A stretch of 64,000 nucleotides of DNA, taken from NCBI GenBank assembly GCA_002633005.1, contig NMRA01000008.1, positions 1,259,080 to 1,323,079 on the forward strand, read 5' to 3'. The notes under the pieces are model-generated. The model was not told the DNA's origin. It was given only the letters and a program-made list of their open reading frames with translations, and searched no databases. A program made the translations under genes and the position numbers. The stretch comes from Phoronis australis. Lineage: Eukaryota; Animalia; Phoronida. The stretch's first letter is position 1, and each line of letters opens with the position of its first letter. This document shows, piece after piece, positions 62,937 to 64,000 of the stretch.

Positions 62937-64000
62937 AGCATTTCATTTCTATTGACAGTTTTGATTTTTTTCAGATGAGAGTGTTGTCACTCCTTTCAGT
63001 TCAAGTGACAATGGCACAGATGAAGGTAGAATTTGGTGCTTGTTTTCTCAGAGCAGGGACACAAGCAACTTCCCATGGGTGAGTTAGGAAGGGGGTGTGA
63101 GTTTCGCATAAGTGAAGTATTATGGGAAATATACATGTACATATACACATACATTTTCGCAGATTCTACATATTTCGGCAAGGTTTCCGCAATTTTATTT
63201 TTTAAACTCGTGAGTGCGAGGTCATAATTAATGGCTACTTTGATTTAATTCTTCCATAAGGTAACTGCATAGTCATTTTGATTCTTATTTCGTCAGCATA
63301 GAGCCTGTTTTTCAGACATACATCAACTAGCATTGTAAAACATTGCACATGTCGTTATTTGCAACAGTTTTCTTCCCAACATATTTATTGTTAACTAGGT
63401 GAACCATTTAATGTAGCAGAATAACTTAAAAACTTTCAAACTCATGTTGTTGGAAATTTAGAAGACAGCTTTAAGTAAGCCAAACAAGTGAATGCAAATG
63501 TCAAGTTGCAGCATAGATCACTGCATTTATAATTTGTTTCAGATGAAGAAGTGAGTGATGCCGTTTTCGTCACAAGGTGTTGAGTTCTGCTAAAATAATC
63601 AAGAATTTTCTGATAGATCGTCTTAAAAGTATGTCATGTAATCAAAATTACTTGTTTTTCAAATTTCATCGCACAATATCTTTGTAAATTCAAAATTTAT
63701 TTCTTGCTGATGTCAAACATATGGTAATACCTTTTCAGCTATTGTTTCTTTATTGTTTTGTGATTTCTATATGAAATGTGCTGAGATGGGGTTGGTCGAT
63801 CCTGTATTCCGAAGGACCTTTGATAGTCTCTAGTGCAAAGGAATTTTAGTTCGAAGGACTGTCAGTCTGCAAGTGATCTGGGTGATGACATTACAACAGA
63901 GCTTATAGAAGACTGCTGTTTTAGTACATTTAAGCACAATTAAGGATTATTATGAATGCAAATGATAACGACTTTGTTTTGAAGATGCACGCCTCTTTCG

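Overview
AT-rich, intron-containing animal genomic DNA, probably from a marine invertebrate (inference; the species cannot be determined from the sequence). The six-frame ORF track is mostly noise because the real genes are spliced. (1) 491-8785 (+) holds the last seven coding exons of TCERG1/CA150 (FF domains and the C-terminal GPPPPPTASEP), with a polyA signal at 9356. (2) The most interesting content is a tandem pair of paralogous 5-exon genes on the + strand (A 30939-35468, B 53008-57661). Each encodes a 253-aa secreted protein with a signal peptide, a CHWYRPC motif and four predicted amphipathic helices in long-chain class-I cytokine layout. The exon layout resembles IL-6/IL-11 (7-nt first coding exon, 114-nt exon 3). 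Both genes have a TATA promoter and an AU-rich 3' UTR, and gene A also has NF-kB, CRE and STAT motifs. They are candidate invertebrate IL-6/CNTF/Upd-type helical cytokines, and exons 3-4 look gene-converted between them. (3) The rest is a dense mosaic of repeats: MITEs (including a family with 5-bp target duplications), a CR1/L2-like LINE 3' end, a Helentron-like element, a foldback-like structure with a THAP relic, a Kolobok/KolX-like relic, tRNA-derived SINE heads, a minisatellite and a (TA)n tract. There is also a 579-N gap and one probable assembly-overlap duplication. All exon coordinates and mismatch counts were read by eye.
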